A stretch of 64,000 nucleotides of DNA from Utricularia gibba (taxonomy: Eukaryota > Plantae > Magnoliophyta), in assembly GCA_002189035.1 (NCBI GenBank), contig NEEC01000016.1:868001-932000 (forward strand). The letters are read 5' to 3'. The translations under genes were made by a program, and so were the position numbers. Below the pieces are notes generated by a model that ran no database searches, was not told where the DNA came from, and saw only the letters and a program-made list of their open reading frames with translations. Positions 15,119 through 29,165 of this stretch are shown piece by piece. Positions within the stretch are counted from its first letter, which is position 1. Each line of letters begins with the position of its first letter.

Positions 15119-18100
15119 ATGCGGTCGTCGTCTGGTTTTCGGGAGAATGCGTCTTCATCAGCTGAGGCTTCACTGCGGTCATCGTCGAACTTCCATCAGC
15201 TCGTCTTTCCGCCTGTAGTTGCCGCTGAAAAAAATATTTCCAGGCAGAGGTAAGATTTTTGCCTCAATTTCACGCTTCGACGTGGAATTTAGTTGTTTCA
15301 AGTGAGCTGATAGTTGGGGTTTGATTGTAGATGGGGGTACAAGAACATAGGTGCTATTCTACTTTGGAGCAAGATCATCTTGCTCTTCACTCGGAGTTTT
15401 CTCTTTTCAGTTTTTAATATTTTTGTTAACTGGGTTGCGTGCAAGATCTGGTGATAATCTCTCATGAGTAAGAGAGATTTCAAATGTATACTAGGTAGCA
15501 AGATTAGAGTTTGTTACTCTTTCTGCATTGACGATATGAGCAGAAGGTAACCAGATAATGTAGTTGCCGATTCTTTTTAAGAAAAGCAGATGGGGTAGTC
15601 ATGTAGTTTTGTTTGTTGTTCTTTAAAAAGCGTACAACTTGGTTTTGAATCGTGTAGTTCCATTTGCAGCAATGTATGTGATCTGTTATTGAAGAGAGAA
15701 ATATCTCCCCAAACAAAGAGAGCTCCGGATAGATTTTGGCGAAAACCGTCCAGTCAGCATTCGAGCGTTGGAATTTCTGTAGATGCCAGACAAGAACTTC
15801 GATCTTGGTACTCCATATCTTCCACATCTAACTCATTTGGTGCCAAGAAGTTTGATCCGACATTTAAATCTTCTGCTAACTACAGGGGTGAGGCAGAGTC
15901 CTTACACCGCTTGTCTGCAAAATACTGCCCCCTTCTGCCACCACCAAGATCAACCATTGCTGCAGCCTTTAGTTCCGATGGAAAGACTCTTGCTTCAACC
16001 CAGTTAGTATATTTCTCTCCCTACCACTCTCTCTCTCTCGTTTCCTTCCTCCAAAGCACAATTATTATATTTTTCTTACAGTGGAGACCATACAGTAAAG
16101 ATAATTGACTGCCGATCTGGAAAGTGCTTAAGGGTGCTCATTGGGCATCGGAGGACACCCTGGGTGGTGAGTATTTTGGCCATTTTGACGCCCATAGCAT
16201 GTTGAAATATCTCTTAATCTTCAGGAAAAAAATCACTGCGTCTGTGGTAATTTGAATATTGTACACAATTCTCTTCTATGTTTCTCGAAAAAAATGTACG
16301 ATTATAAATTTCTTATTGGAATGCAGGTTAGATTTCATCCACTCTATCCTGAAATTCTTGCAAGTGGTAGTTTGGATCATGAGGTTAGGTTGTGGGATGC
16401 AAAAACTGAAGAATGCTTAGGATCACGAGATTTCTGTCAGTATTATTTTGGAGTTCTTATTTTGGTGCATGAGAATCTTTAACATTAGAATATCCTTGTT
16501 TAACACATGCAGACCGTCCAATAGCTTCAATCGCCTTCCATGCCCTAGGTGAAATTTTAGCTGTAGCTTCAGGCCACAAGGTTAGGTTCTAAAACGGGAC
16601 ACTGTCCTTGGGTCAAACTTACTTTAACTGCTTGATAACATGCGTCTGTGGCAGCTTTATATATGGCACTATAACAGAAGGGGTGAGGCCTCTTCCCCAG
16701 CAGTTATACTGAAGACACGGCGTTCAATACGGGCAGTTCATTTCCATCCCCATGCTGCTCCTTTTCTGCTAACTGCGGAGGTGATAATTCTGCTACGCTT
16801 AATGATTTTATCAAATTTTTTTCTCTAATTTTTTGTTATTCTCAGATCAATGATCTTGATTCATCTGATCCTTCAATGACTCTAGCTACTTCTACCGGTT
16901 ACTTGCAATATCCTCCACCTACCATATATCTGGTTAATGGTCACTCTGCGTGTCAGTCAAACTCAACAAATGAGTTGCCAATCATGTCTGTACCATATAC
17001 ATCATGGACTTCAGTAAGCGGATTGGATGCAAATTCACTTTCTCAGCGAAGTGATGCAGAAATGAGATCTGATGTTTCTCAGCAAAGGGGCAATTCATCT
17101 GGTTCTGTGCGGCTATTCACAACCAAATCTCCAGTACGGGAAGATGCACAAAATAATTCTTTGACAAGGGAAATTAGCATCCATTCTTCTCAAGCTGCAG
17201 TTGAATCAATGGGGACTGAAGTGCAAAATGAAGAGAGGAGTAATGAGTATTTTCAATTTGGAGATCTTGCACGTTGGGAGGTTCCATTTTTGCAGGGGTG
17301 GTTGGTTGGTCAAAGTCACACTCTCCAACGTGGGATTCGATCACATAATGAAGTGCCTAATGAAGAATTAGCCTCCAATAATTTAGCAGGGAATCCCCCA
17401 GTCGTGCCCTCTATAAATCCTAATGTTAGCAGTTTCAGGTTTTCAAGAGTGCCTAGTTCACAAAATAGATCACGCTCCAGTGCTAGAATGGTGTCTGGGT
17501 CCAGTGAGATTCCTGCTTTTAACACTATCCCACGTGCGCAGAGAAATCCAGAACCTTATGTAAGCCAAATTCAAACTGAGGTAGCATCATCAATTGCTGC
17601 AGCCACGGCTACAGCTGCCGAGTTACCTTGCACTGTGAAGCTCCGGATTTGGTTCCATGATGTGAAGGATCCTTGCAAGCTTCTTGATTCAGAACGCTGT
17701 CGCCTAATGATTCCACATGCTGTTCTTTGCAGGTAGATTCATTGTTTGTTATATTTTTCCATCAATCTACTGCAAGCCAAACTAATGAAAATGAGTGTTT
17801 TGCTACTGCTGAAAAAAGTGTAGTGACTGAATCAATGCTTAACTATGGTGTTGATTTTTTTTTTTCCAGTGAGATGGGTGCTCATTTTTCACCATGTGGA
17901 AAGTTTTTGGCTGTTTGTGTAGCGTGTATCATGCCAAACATGGACACTGATCGACGATTTCAAAGTCATCGTCATAATGATAATGCTGTTGCTTCAACCT
18001 CCCCAACAAGACATCCGATTTCTGCCCATCAAGTTATGTATGAACTAAGGATATATTCCCTTGAGGAGGCCACGTAAGTACAGAACATCTGTGGGTTCTT

Positions 18101-19158
18101 TATTACATGGTAATCTTATATTGTTATCTTATTAGCGGAGCTAATAATTGCTTTTTATTTTAAGATTTGGTTTTATTCTAGCATCTAGAGCGATCAGAGC
18201 TGCACATTGTTTGACATCAATACAGGTGGAGTTTTCACTTCATTTTCTGCTTTGAAGCTGGTAGTTTTTTTCACGGCCTTGGCCTAATGCCAAATCTTTA
18301 ATGTTATACGTAAAAAAGGTTCAATATGATTGAATTGAAACGACATGTAACTAAATGAGGGAGTTCCAAATCTTAGTCAGATTAAATTTTTACTTTAAAA
18401 AGATTATGATTGAAGTTGATGGATTATGTTATCAGCAATTATTTTTTATTGGTTTTCTACATTCAAAAATGTGTCTAGAACATTAGAGCTCAATATGTAT
18501 ATGTGTTACCTGGCACCAACACTTTTCCCCTGCACTTGTGTTTGCATGCGGCCTGATTTATCGGCAGTTCATCAGAAATTTGCTTGGTCCAAGTTCCTGA
18601 AATTTTGCATCCACCAATTTTGTGTTTGCAGTTTTCTCCTACTTCTGAGCATTTATTATTATCCTATGGGCGGCGACATAGTTCACTTCTTAGGAGTGTG
18701 GTGATTGACGGAGACACGGCCGTCCCAATATACACAGTTCTAGAGGTGATTCGTGCTTACCACAGTGAACATTAGAAAAAGAGAATTTTTGAATAGTTGG
18801 CCGTTTTTTTTTTTTTATCAAAGTGCTCTTACAACTTCATAATGTATACGGGTTTTATGGAAATATAACTTTGTGCCGTGTTTTATGGTTTTACTCCAGA
18901 TCTACAGAGCTTCAGATATGGAACTTGTTAGAGTTCTTCCAAGTGCAGAAGATGAGGTTAATGTGGCATGCTTTCATCCCCATGTTGGTGGTGGGTTTGT
19001 GTACGGAACAAAGGTGAGGGTGCGATGGATTTACACCTCATTGTCAGCAGTATAATTATCATCATTTTCAGGAAGGGAAGTTGAGGATTCTTCAATGTGA
19101 CTTTTCCGAGGGATTCAACAATGAGGAGACAAGCACTCCCGATGACCCCATTTTTTGA
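15119..19158 (+). CDS. WD40 / AMBRA1(DCAF3)-like protein, multi-exon
   Basis: Exons encode LHRLSAKYCPLLPPPRSTIAAAFSSDG, GHRRTPWV|VRFHP...LASGSLDHEVRLWDA, ELPCTVKLRIW, SEMGAHFSPCG, YELRIYSLEEA and SAEDEVNVACFHP...YGTK|EGKLRILQ. The stop as written is TGA 19156-19158; the exact 3' end is uncertain. Confidence 0.85.
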
Positions 19159-20375
19159 GGTAACTAATCAGAAAGCCATGGTACAAAAAGTCTGGATTTC
19201 ATATCAAGTATAGAATCCTTCTGTTACAGTTGATGTACATCAATCATGAGATCTGTACTGCAATTGCTCATGGTCTTGCTGTGGTGATCGTAGGCCCAGA
19301 CATACATTTCACAAAGCTGATGATAATCTTCGACGAAGTCGGCATCACCACAGGTATGCCGGGACAACAGATGATTCACCAGACCATGGCCAAGTGGATT
19401 TTTGACTAGCTTCTGTTGTTCAGTCAGGCCAGGCACCCATCCACCCCGGCAATGCTTTTAGATACCAATTGAATGCTTGGGGGTGGGGGGAAGCAACAGG
19501 AGAGCCAGAGGACATGGCTTGCGGTTTCACTGGAGCTGTGCACCCAGCTGATGGGGAGGATTCTTTTTAGTGGTGGCCAATGCAGCTCAATGCTCTACAC
19601 AACAATATAGTGATTTGCTCTTTCAGCCCTGTTGTACATCACCTTCATCCAATTCCAAGTGGAAAATCAACACCTTCCATGTTCTCTCTACTCTTGCGCG
19701 AAATAGTGGAGTGGATTGGTTTGGATTCCAGCCGCTGTTCTACTTCATCCAGCTCCTCAAGTGACGGAACAGCTTTTCACTAATCCCACGGCATTCAATA
19801 GAGTTGACGGCAACCAATGCACCCCACTGCACATTGCTTATTCTATGCTCTCGATAAATACTTCCGTTTCTAAAAGCAGGTACTTTGTAGTTCGTCGGAG
19901 CCTACGAAAAGAGAGAGATCGTCACCGCCGTCAATTTCTTTCAACGGAAGGGTTCCGTGAGAGTGAATTACGCTGCTCCAGTTTCTTCTACGACTCATCA
20001 CAGGGGGCCACTTCTTCGTCGTTGTCTTCGTCTGCGTGCTCCTGTTACCGTTCCCTTCCAACCGGTCGCCACCGTCGACAGCAGGAGGATTAAGAATTTT
20101 AGTCGGTGAAAAAGGTTCCATTAAACCCATCAAACCCTTTAAACAAAATTTAAAATATATGTCGATATATATATATACTTGGCCTGCGTAGGCTCGGCAC
20201 CATAATTTCCCGGTGGAATTGCAAAAATCTGACCAGTCATTCCCTTGTGCATCCCGTTCCTTGCCGCCGCCCGCCGCCGTTACCACCGCTTGTGGAGGAA
20301 ACGAGAGGGAAATACTAAGAGTGAATCGCGAATCGCATTGAGTGGCCAAAACTTTACTGTTCCTACCAGATATCA

Positions 20376-23300
20376 ATGGCTTTATCTTCTATGTCTTCTG
20401 TAGCCGTGTTCTCTGCTGACAACGTAAGTGGGATTGTTTACTGTGTAGGGGTGATTCATCGGGTTGAAATGGGAGCTCTACAATTCTCCTTTTTGCTTCT
20501 ATTCAATACAATGGGAATATTGGTTCGAGTAATGAATGTTTCGTTTACGTTTCAGTGGAAACATGGGAACGCGGCGAGCTGTGGGTTCTACAAACAAAAA
20601 TCATTTCCGTGTACTGGGCATACGCAGGGTTCCAAGAAAATTGTGTCTGTCATGGCACCACAGCAATCTGAGCGAAAGCCCTATGAAACGGGCACGGTAA
20701 ATCCGTTGCTTTTTATGTCTGATGTTAACATTTAGCTAATGCTTGAGCTTTAGTTTTGAGGTTTGTGTAAAAGTTTGGATTTTTACAGGTTAAGACCGCG
20801 ATGACTTTGACAGAGAAGATACTGGCAAAGGCTTCGGAGAAATCTCATCTGGTTCCTGGTGAAAATGTGTGGGTTAACGTTGATGTTTTGATGACACATG
20901 ACGTTTGTGGCCCTGGTGCCATTGGAATTTTCAAGAAAGAGTTTGGAGAAAATGCGAAGGTGGTTACGAATTCTTTGTTGGTAACAAATATATATGCTAT
21001 AGCATGTCGATATATTCTGCTAACAAATGGCTTGGTTATTCATATATACTGGAGACCAAAGTGTCAGCATGTTGATGTCACTTGTAATTGCTTACTCTTT
21101 CCCCGTGTACAGTAGTTGGTTCTGCTATCATACGATGCATAGCCAATCCCAGCTTCCTTGTTGCTATACAGGTTTGGGACCGTGAAAAACTTGTGGTTAT
21201 TCCAGATCACTATATCTTCACTTCTGATGAGCGTGCCAATCGTAACGTAGACATTCTGAGAGATTTTTGCAACGAGCAAAACATCAAGTACTTCTATGAT
21301 ATTAAAGATCTAGGAAACTTCAAGGTATGGTTCCTCATCAAAATATATGCTAAAGCTTTTGCTGTCTCATTACGAATTCTTTGTTGCACTAAACACAGAA
21401 TCTAACCCGGTGTATTTTTAGGTTAATCCGGATTACAAAGGTGTATGCCATGTAGCACTTGCTCAAGAGGGACATTGCCGACCTGGAGAGGTATTGGTCT
21501 TTATGCATACATGTAATTATATAAGTGGTATGAAAGGGTTCGTGATCTAGGTGGTGGAGTAGTGATTAGTCAATTTTATGCCTGTAGGTGTTGCTGGGTA
21601 CGGACTCCCACACTTGTACTGCGGGAGCATTTGGCCAATTTGCGACTGGAATTGGAAATACTGATGCTGGTTTTGTGCTTGGGGCTGGAAAGATTTTACT
21701 AAAGGCATAGGCTTCTGCACTCCCTGTTATTTCTTTCATCGTGAATTTAACATTTCTTCCTTGTCATATAACTGGACTTCTGAATGTTTGCATAATCTGC
21801 AGGTACCTCCGACTCTGAGATTTGTGATGGACGGTGAGATGCCAGATTACTTGCTAGCTAAAGATTTGATTTTGCAAGTAAGCTTGTCAAATATTTCACA
21901 TCATCCAAGAACAATATTAGGAGCGGAATAGAAGCAGTGTCTCGCTTGATTTCTTTTTTTTTTTGGGTTGTATGACTCTGTTCAGCCACTGAGTTTCTGT
22001 GCTCTTTCAGATTATAGGGGAAATTTCAGTGTCTGGTGCAACTTATAAAGCAATGGAGTTTCTTGGAACAACTGTTGAAAGTTTGACAGTAAGATCCATT
22101 TTTCCATATATTCTATCAAGGCGACCACTGACTTCAATGAGATTTTTTTTCCTTGTATTCTGTACTTTTTCAATGTGATAGATGGAAGAGAGAATGACAT
22201 TATGCAACATGGTTGTTGAAGCTGGAGGGAAAAATGGTGTTGTCCCTGCAGATGAGACCACATATAAGTATCTTGAGGTTAGTTATATCCCCAGGTTAAG
22301 TCGCATGGTGATCTGGAAATCTAAGACATGTTTGAGATAGTAATAAATATTTACATGAGTCACTGTTAAATCAGTACGCTTCTGCATTTCAGGATAAAAC
22401 ATCTGTACCATATGAAGCTGTCTTTAGCGATGAGGGAGCAAGGTAACCTTCAGTAACATGATTCTGAAAAAATTGTTGGAGAAAATTATCATTTTCAACG
22501 TGCATTTTACTTTTTTTATAGATATCTTTCTAATTACCGATTTGATATCTCAAAGCTGGAGCCTTTGGTTGCCAAGGTCAGTAGCATAAACCTAGTGTTA
22601 ACACAGAAGTTTGGTTTTTTTTTAACCTTAAACTGCAAGAGTTGGCTGTTGTCCCGGTCTCATTGTTTGTTTTCCCTTAGCCCCATTCTCCAGATAATCG
22701 TGCTTTGGCTAGGGAATGCAAGGATGTGAAAATTGATAGAGTGTATATTGGATCTTGTACGGGTGGGAAAACAGAGGATTTCATGGCCGCAGCTAAAGTA
22801 TTTCTTGCTTCGGTAAGAAAAATGCCTCTGGAAGATCTTGACATTCTCTCATATGAGTGCCAATTGTAGACTCTCGTTTCTGGATTGACAGGGGAAAAAG
22901 GTTAAAGTTCCCACATTCCTAGTTCCTGCAACACAAAAAGTAAATGGATCATTCTCTCTACCGATTTCCAGCACAGCTGAACGCTTCATGACTACAGTGA
23001 CCTCCTTTCATTTGTCTGTTTCAGGTCTGGATGGATGTCTACAGCCTCCCTGTTCCCGGCTCCGGTGGGAAAACTTGCTCCCAGATATTCGAGGAAGCCG
23101 GCTGTGACACACCGACCAGCCCGAGCTGTGGAGCATGCTTGGGAGGCCCAAAAGACACCTACGCCCGAATGAATGAACCAAAAGTCAGCCAGCCCCCTTG
23201 CTTCATAGAATCTGATACATTCACCTCCTGACCTCTGGTTTCTTCCGGCTGACATGAGGCTTCTTAACTGACAGGTCTGTGTTTCGACGACGAACAGAAA

Positions 23301-23412
23301 CTTCCCAGGGCGAATGGGCCACAAAGAAGGCGAGATATACCTCGCCTCACCCTACACCGCCGCAGCATCTGCATTGACAGGCCATGTGACGGACCCGCGC
23401 GAGTTCCTGTAG
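20376..23412 (+). CDS. IIL1: 3-isopropylmalate dehydratase large subunit (LeuC/aconitase family), plastid, multi-exon
   Basis: Motifs [68 protein letters not shown] and [13 protein letters not shown]; ends DPREFL-TAG 23410-23412. Confidence 0.95.
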
Positions 23413-23468
23413 CAACCGTCACTCAATCTGTGATGAGGTGCTGGTTTTGGTAAGGCTGTTGTTTGAGA

Positions 23469-23584
23469 ACATGTGTCACATGTAATAATATCATAAGCTT
23501 TTCGTACACCAAATTATGGGACGTTTCAGCACATGTGTCAGATGTAATAATATCATAAGCTTTTCCTACACCAAATTATGGGAC
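23469..23584. repeat. 54-bp direct tandem duplication (2 copies, 2 mismatches, 8-bp spacer) just 3' of IIL1
   Basis: acatgtgtca(c/g)atgtaataatatcataagcttttc(g/c)tacaccaaattatgggac at 23469-23522 and 23531-23584. Confidence 0.9.
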
Positions 23585-23661
23585 ATCAATATCGAGGATT
23601 GTCTGAACATTTAATTTTGACTGAACATAATTCATATCACGCTTCACAGCGCGGGATACGA

Positions 23662-23781
23662 GGCCCAGACCAACCCGCTTTGTCAGCCCAATGCACCACC
23701 CGAACTGGCTCGGCCCATCATATCACATTGACCCCTAGCCCAAACCCTATCAGCGACTCACCCAACGTACACCATATAACT
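23662..23781 (+). promoter_or_regulatory. Orphan promoter-like cluster: four site II motifs, a telo-box and a TATA-like element
   Basis: GGCCCA 23662, AGCCCA 23685, GGCCCA 23712, AGCCCA 23737, AAACCCTA 23742-23749 and CATATAAC about 23773, all between two convergent 3' ends. Confidence 0.4.
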
Positions 23782-24271
23782 TGCCCTACGGCCATCTAAT
23801 TCGACCAAACCTGGATCATTTTTCTAAATGATCACCATCACATTCTATCACATATACTTCAACAAAAAATTTTGAATAACTAATTTTACCACTAAAAAGA
23901 GGATAACCAGATTTATACTACACTCAATAACCCCCAGATTGATCCTCGATTTCTGCAACAAGTTCTTCGTTTGCCAAGGAAACCACAGGCAACAGGAACT
24001 GAACTGAATGAAGTCTACATCAAAAAAGGCAATCATCAGTCGTCACTACAAGTACACATTGTTTGGCGGCTCCAATGACTCTTCTGCCTACACTTTCAGA
24101 AGCAGAGTGGTGACACTATAGCAGCAGTAGCAGCAGCACAGATGAGAATGTTAATTATCTTGGAACGCATGGATACCACAAAGTTGATGATTCTCTGAAC
24201 TAACGGATACAGGGTTGACAGCAGACGCACAGGAGTTGATTTAAAAAAAAAATAAACGGCTGCTAAAAGTT

Positions 24272-27200
24272 TCAAGAAGCAGAGACGGGCTCCTCCTCCT
24301 CTGGCAGCCCGAAAATTCTGAGATTTCTATCCATGGACCCGACTGCTAAGTATTTTGCATCAGGACCAAACTTGACACAAGTGGCTTTACCTGCGCGACG
24401 AAGGACAACATAATGAGCAAATGTGTTGAACGAAGCAGATGAACGCCAAGCGCTTTAAATCCCCACCTGTACCAGATAAATCAGGCAACGTTTTGATGCA
24501 GTTCCATTCGGATTTCACGCTAGCAACTTGATAGACCCTGCATGCGAAGCTCGGTGACAAGTACAGACTGTTATTGAGGGGATGAGGTAAGGGGGAAAGG
24601 AGATTACCTTATGTCTGATCCTGCTAATGCGAGGTAACTTCCACTATGGTCGAATTCCACTGCAATATCATGTAAATGTTACATTAATTAGTTAAAAGGG
24701 AAAGAGACTCACATAGTGTGATGTGACCAGAAGTGAAGAGTGAAGTAGATTGAAACGACAAGCATCAATTTTGAAATCATCGCCAGCCAGGAAGTTGATT
24801 TATCCGACAAGCTTATGGTTGATGTACTGTGAAATCTATAATGCCGTTACCTGATAGTGTGGGCACATTTTCATCGTAAGGTGCAAAGCTACGGAAATTT
24901 TTCAATTTGCGAAGATCCCAAAGCTTAACACCATCCTGGGCTGCAGTCTGAGAAACCAAATAATAAGATTATCAGTCCACTGAACTTGGTCCTTCTGGCA
25001 ATTTTCACCATAGACACGCATAGAACACGTACAGCCAGGAAGTAACCATTTTCTGAAAATGAAATAGCGGTTACTGCCCCAACATGTCCATCAAATGTTG
25101 CTACATTTGCCTGAAGATTGTGAATTACAATGGAAGTCCATGAGAACAGCAAGAATAAACAAAACACCAAGCCACGGAGGAAGAAAATTTACCTGACTTT
25201 TTACATCCCAAACTTTAACATGAGCGTCAGATGAGCCAGTCCCCAGGATAAGGCCATCAGGATGAAAAGAAGCAGATGTGTAACCTCCAGAAGATCCTGA
25301 AGGGTCTTCAACCTGAAAAAACTCCTCGAAATTAGTCATACCAGGGGCATGAGGAGAAAAGAGTGTATCTTGATTCGGCATGTTAAAGCCATTGGCAAGA
25401 ATATCACCTGACTGAGGCATAACCCAGAAGCAAGTTCATAAAAGCACCATGTTCCATCAAGAGATGCAGTGGCAAAGTAGTTTTTAGTGGCATGAATTGT
25501 GACGGCTTGCACCTGGAACCAGGAAGAACTAATGCTATGATGAACAAAGTAGGCATGACCCAGATAGCACCATTGAAACAGCCAACCAAAAAAGTATTAT
25601 TACCTCCGCTGAATGATCCTTCAGGGTACTCCGGCAATCATAATGTGCATTTTCTGATTCCCGCCATACACGAACTGTCTGCAAAAGGCACAGTGATATG
25701 ATATTTTAAAGCAGCATGCTTAATTGAAGCGAGGAGAAAGACCCCGCACATACAATATAACCCAATGCCAACCTTGTGATATGATACGACTCTTTCATGT
25801 AGACAGCATGTTTAACATAAAATGACACACGTGTGAAGAAATAGAATTCGAGTATAAAATTATCCATATACTTTCATCATAGACTACAGTGACAAATACA
25901 ACTACATACGGCCCTCCATCATGTGAAAAGGAGGCATTGCTTTGTTGTTGCTCTATGGATTTTCATCCGTAGAATTTCTGCAGGTATTAACATTCTAGAT
26001 TGCTTAACACCTAATATTTATGGCAACTAAAAAAACAGGGAAACGTCTTGATTTTTATTTCAACACAAAACACCTTAAACAAAGAAAAATCATTCTTGCA
26101 TCACTCAAATACCTTATCAGCAGATCCAGTGACAATCAAATCAGTATCTGCAACAAATTTGACACTTGTAACCTGCATAACAGACGGAGATGTAGACATA
26201 CTAAATGGAAATAAAACTCGAAAACGAAAACAAAGTTACACGGCTAAAAAAAGAAGATGAAATATCCGAACCTTCTTTGAATGGCCACTGAGAGTAGAAA
26301 CTACTTGACCAGAAGCTCTATCAAATACTACAGCATTAGAATCAGCTCCACCAGTGGCGATTATATCCTAAAATAAAATTAAAAGAAATCATTAAAAGTT
26401 CCTTGGCAATTAAACGAACTAAACTAAACAAATAATAACAAATGGAATACGTGAGAGATTATCGGTGCCAAAAGCAACATAAAAAATGCAAAATGTTTTC
26501 AAATAAGAGTCCTGCTATTGTGCACTAAAATGTTTTTATTAGTAGTCAAAGGGTCAAAAACATCCTAACCCAGTGATCAGAATCTTACTTATCCCTACAT
26601 AGAGCAGATCTACAAATAAAAAGTTGCCCTGCTATGATCCAAGAATCATGAGACATAGAGTGAAATTCCTTTAAACGGTCTTTTGATAACATGGTTATTA
26701 TACCTTCGAATACATGATGTCCAAAGACAATATCCCAGGTTTGTTGGTTCGATGAAGGGGGTTTACAGTGAGCTGAGTGTACCTCTCTACAGCATCAAGA
26801 GGGGCCAATGACGCAGGTAGCTGGTATAATGCATCAAAATAAAACAAATGAATTAACTTACAATGTCGTTAAAGCACAAACAAATTACTTGAACTTTACC
26901 GTTCGCATTTTTCTTTGTTTAGAAATGGCATCATTGAATTCTGTAAGCTCTGAAATAATGGCACTTGAAATTCCTGGACGAAACCTTTTCCCATCTGCAT
27001 TGATATCACCATCCTCGGCAACTGAAATGGAAAGGGTTAATAATCAACATTTACCATGGGAAATTTCGTGTAGCAGATCCTAACATGCGCATGTTTACCC
27101 CTTTTCCCATTGCTAACAGCAGAAACATTCACGCGTTCAGACATGGCAACTTGTGATGGTATCTGTCTTTCGGCTTGTGCTAACAATGCTCTTGACTCAT

Positions 27201-28452
27201 CTCTTTCCTTCTTTAACCTAGCAATTACACGGCAGGCAGCATCATGCTGCAAAACGACAAGTACATATTAAAGATACACTTTAATGCAACATTCGTTAAA
27301 TGTCAAACGGACTATCTCAAGTACCTGGTAAAGGGCATGACTTAGCTCTTGCCTGGCGGTGTGCAGTTGTTGCTCTAATGCAAAGTTTGACAGCATTAGC
27401 GCATCCCATTCCTTAGACAAAGGAAAAAAAAAACATATATAGATGATGAGTATACAACATAACATGAAATAATACTCTAGCATAGTGGTATGACTTACAT
27501 AAATAATTTATTTCATATACCCACACAATATAACAAGAGACTTCAAGCGGGTTATCAGAAAAATGTAACACTCCATTTGGAAGGTCTATAAGTTAATACC
27601 CAAGTTGGTAGACTGATATAACAGGGAAATCATGTAATCATGTTGCAAAATAGAAGTACTAAATTTCAAATTTCCCATGGTCCTTGATTAAATGCATCTT
27701 AAAAGTTTGTAAGTACAGTTTGAAATATTCCAAGCATTCCTGGAATACTTGCAGCCTGCACTGGTCGGGGCTTCACAATCTGCAGGAATAGCCAACAATG
27801 GCTGTCATTGGTAAGGTAAAAAAAAAAAATACTAATGCATTTATTTAGTAGAAATATGCGGATACCAAAAATCATACATTTCCTGTCTTAATTTGAACTA
27901 TGTCATCCATTGTCAAAGGCTCCCCAGTAATAGGGCATTTACCAAAATCCTGCATAGAAGAATGAATAGCAAAAACGATGAATAATGGGAGAAAGTAGCC
28001 TGCAAAAGGCACTTTTGAAACACCAATCCACGATCATCCAACTGGCAGCACCAGCGCATCCGTAAACGCGTTTTCAAATAGACATCTGAACTCTAGGCCC
28101 AGAAGTATTCAAGTTTTTAAAACAAAAACAAAAAGAGACAGAGAGAGAGAGAGAGATAGAACTTGATACTTCAGCCTCATAAAACCGACGATTTCTCAGC
28201 AGCAGAAAACAAATACATAAAAAAATATAGCCAATGCAGTACAGCAGACAAAACGGACACACCGAAATGTGACGCTCGATTAGGCGCTTCTCGAAGAGGA
28301 GTCCAGAACTTTTAGAGATGACGGGTTCCACCGGCACTTCGCCGGAAACTGTAGTCACCCAACCCAATTCATAAACTGCATCAGGATCGCCGAAGAACGC
28401 AGCAGAAGCATCAAAAACGAAGGGAAATTACGAACTTACTTGAGCAAATCAT
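24272..28452 (-). CDS. PRP19: Pre-mRNA processing factor 19 (U-box/WD40 E3 ligase, MAC3A/B), many exons
   Basis: 13-nt first exon ATGATTTGCTCAA|gt followed by [29 protein letters not shown]. Later exons read [29 protein letters not shown]|[11 protein letters not shown] and [11 protein letters not shown]; ends [22 protein letters not shown]-stop. Confidence 0.94.
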
Positions 28453-29165
28453 CTCCGCAAGTCACAGACGGGCCACTAGTTTCCGCTAGGGTTTACTTGC
28501 GCTCGAGGGACTGGAGAGAGAATCGTGGGTTTAAATCAGTAGGCGAGGGATACCGCCACATTTTTATTGCAAGAAAAAGAATACGTAGATAAAATAAATT
28601 AATAATAATCACTATATTTTAATTTGTGTTCATAGTCTCTCAAGAATTATATTTATCAACAAATTTCTCATTAATTTTCTTAATTAAATGAATTTAATTT
28701 TTTGCATATTCTGAACATAATCATATTCTAAATACATACATTGATTTCTAACGATCGAGATCTTAAAATCCCTAAAGATGTATATAGTAGTTCGTATAAA
28801 CAAATATATATCAAGTATTAAGATACATAATATGTGTTAAAATTAGTAATTAGTATAAGTTTTTATCGATATATTTTTTTTACTTACTATAAACATGCAT
28901 TTTTTTAATATACCATTTCTTTTTAAATTTATCTTAGTATTACAAATAAATTTATATTGAGATAATGTATACGATATAGTTATCAAACACGATCTAATAA
29001 ATCATATTTATTTAAGTTCACATTTCTTTAAGCCAACTACTGGAATGGATTATTGTCTTGCCAGCTTGGCCATGTGGCAATGAAGATGAGATGAGCTGCT
29101 GCAGTGAGCTCGCGCTCTTAACCTATATAACTTACACCAACACAAAGCCTGGGGGTCTTTCAGCC

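Noticed and set aside
19141-19200. WD40 stop codon TGA overlapping a T6 run and a GAG|GTAACT donor-like site; one fewer T would extend the protein or allow a final exon
   Set aside because: Only a few terminal residues are affected and I could not find a matching last exon; may be a homopolymer error or a harmless truncation.
24181-24240. TGATGA followed by CTGA as a possible C/D snoRNA
   Set aside because: The boxes are only a few bases apart, with no terminal D box or stem.
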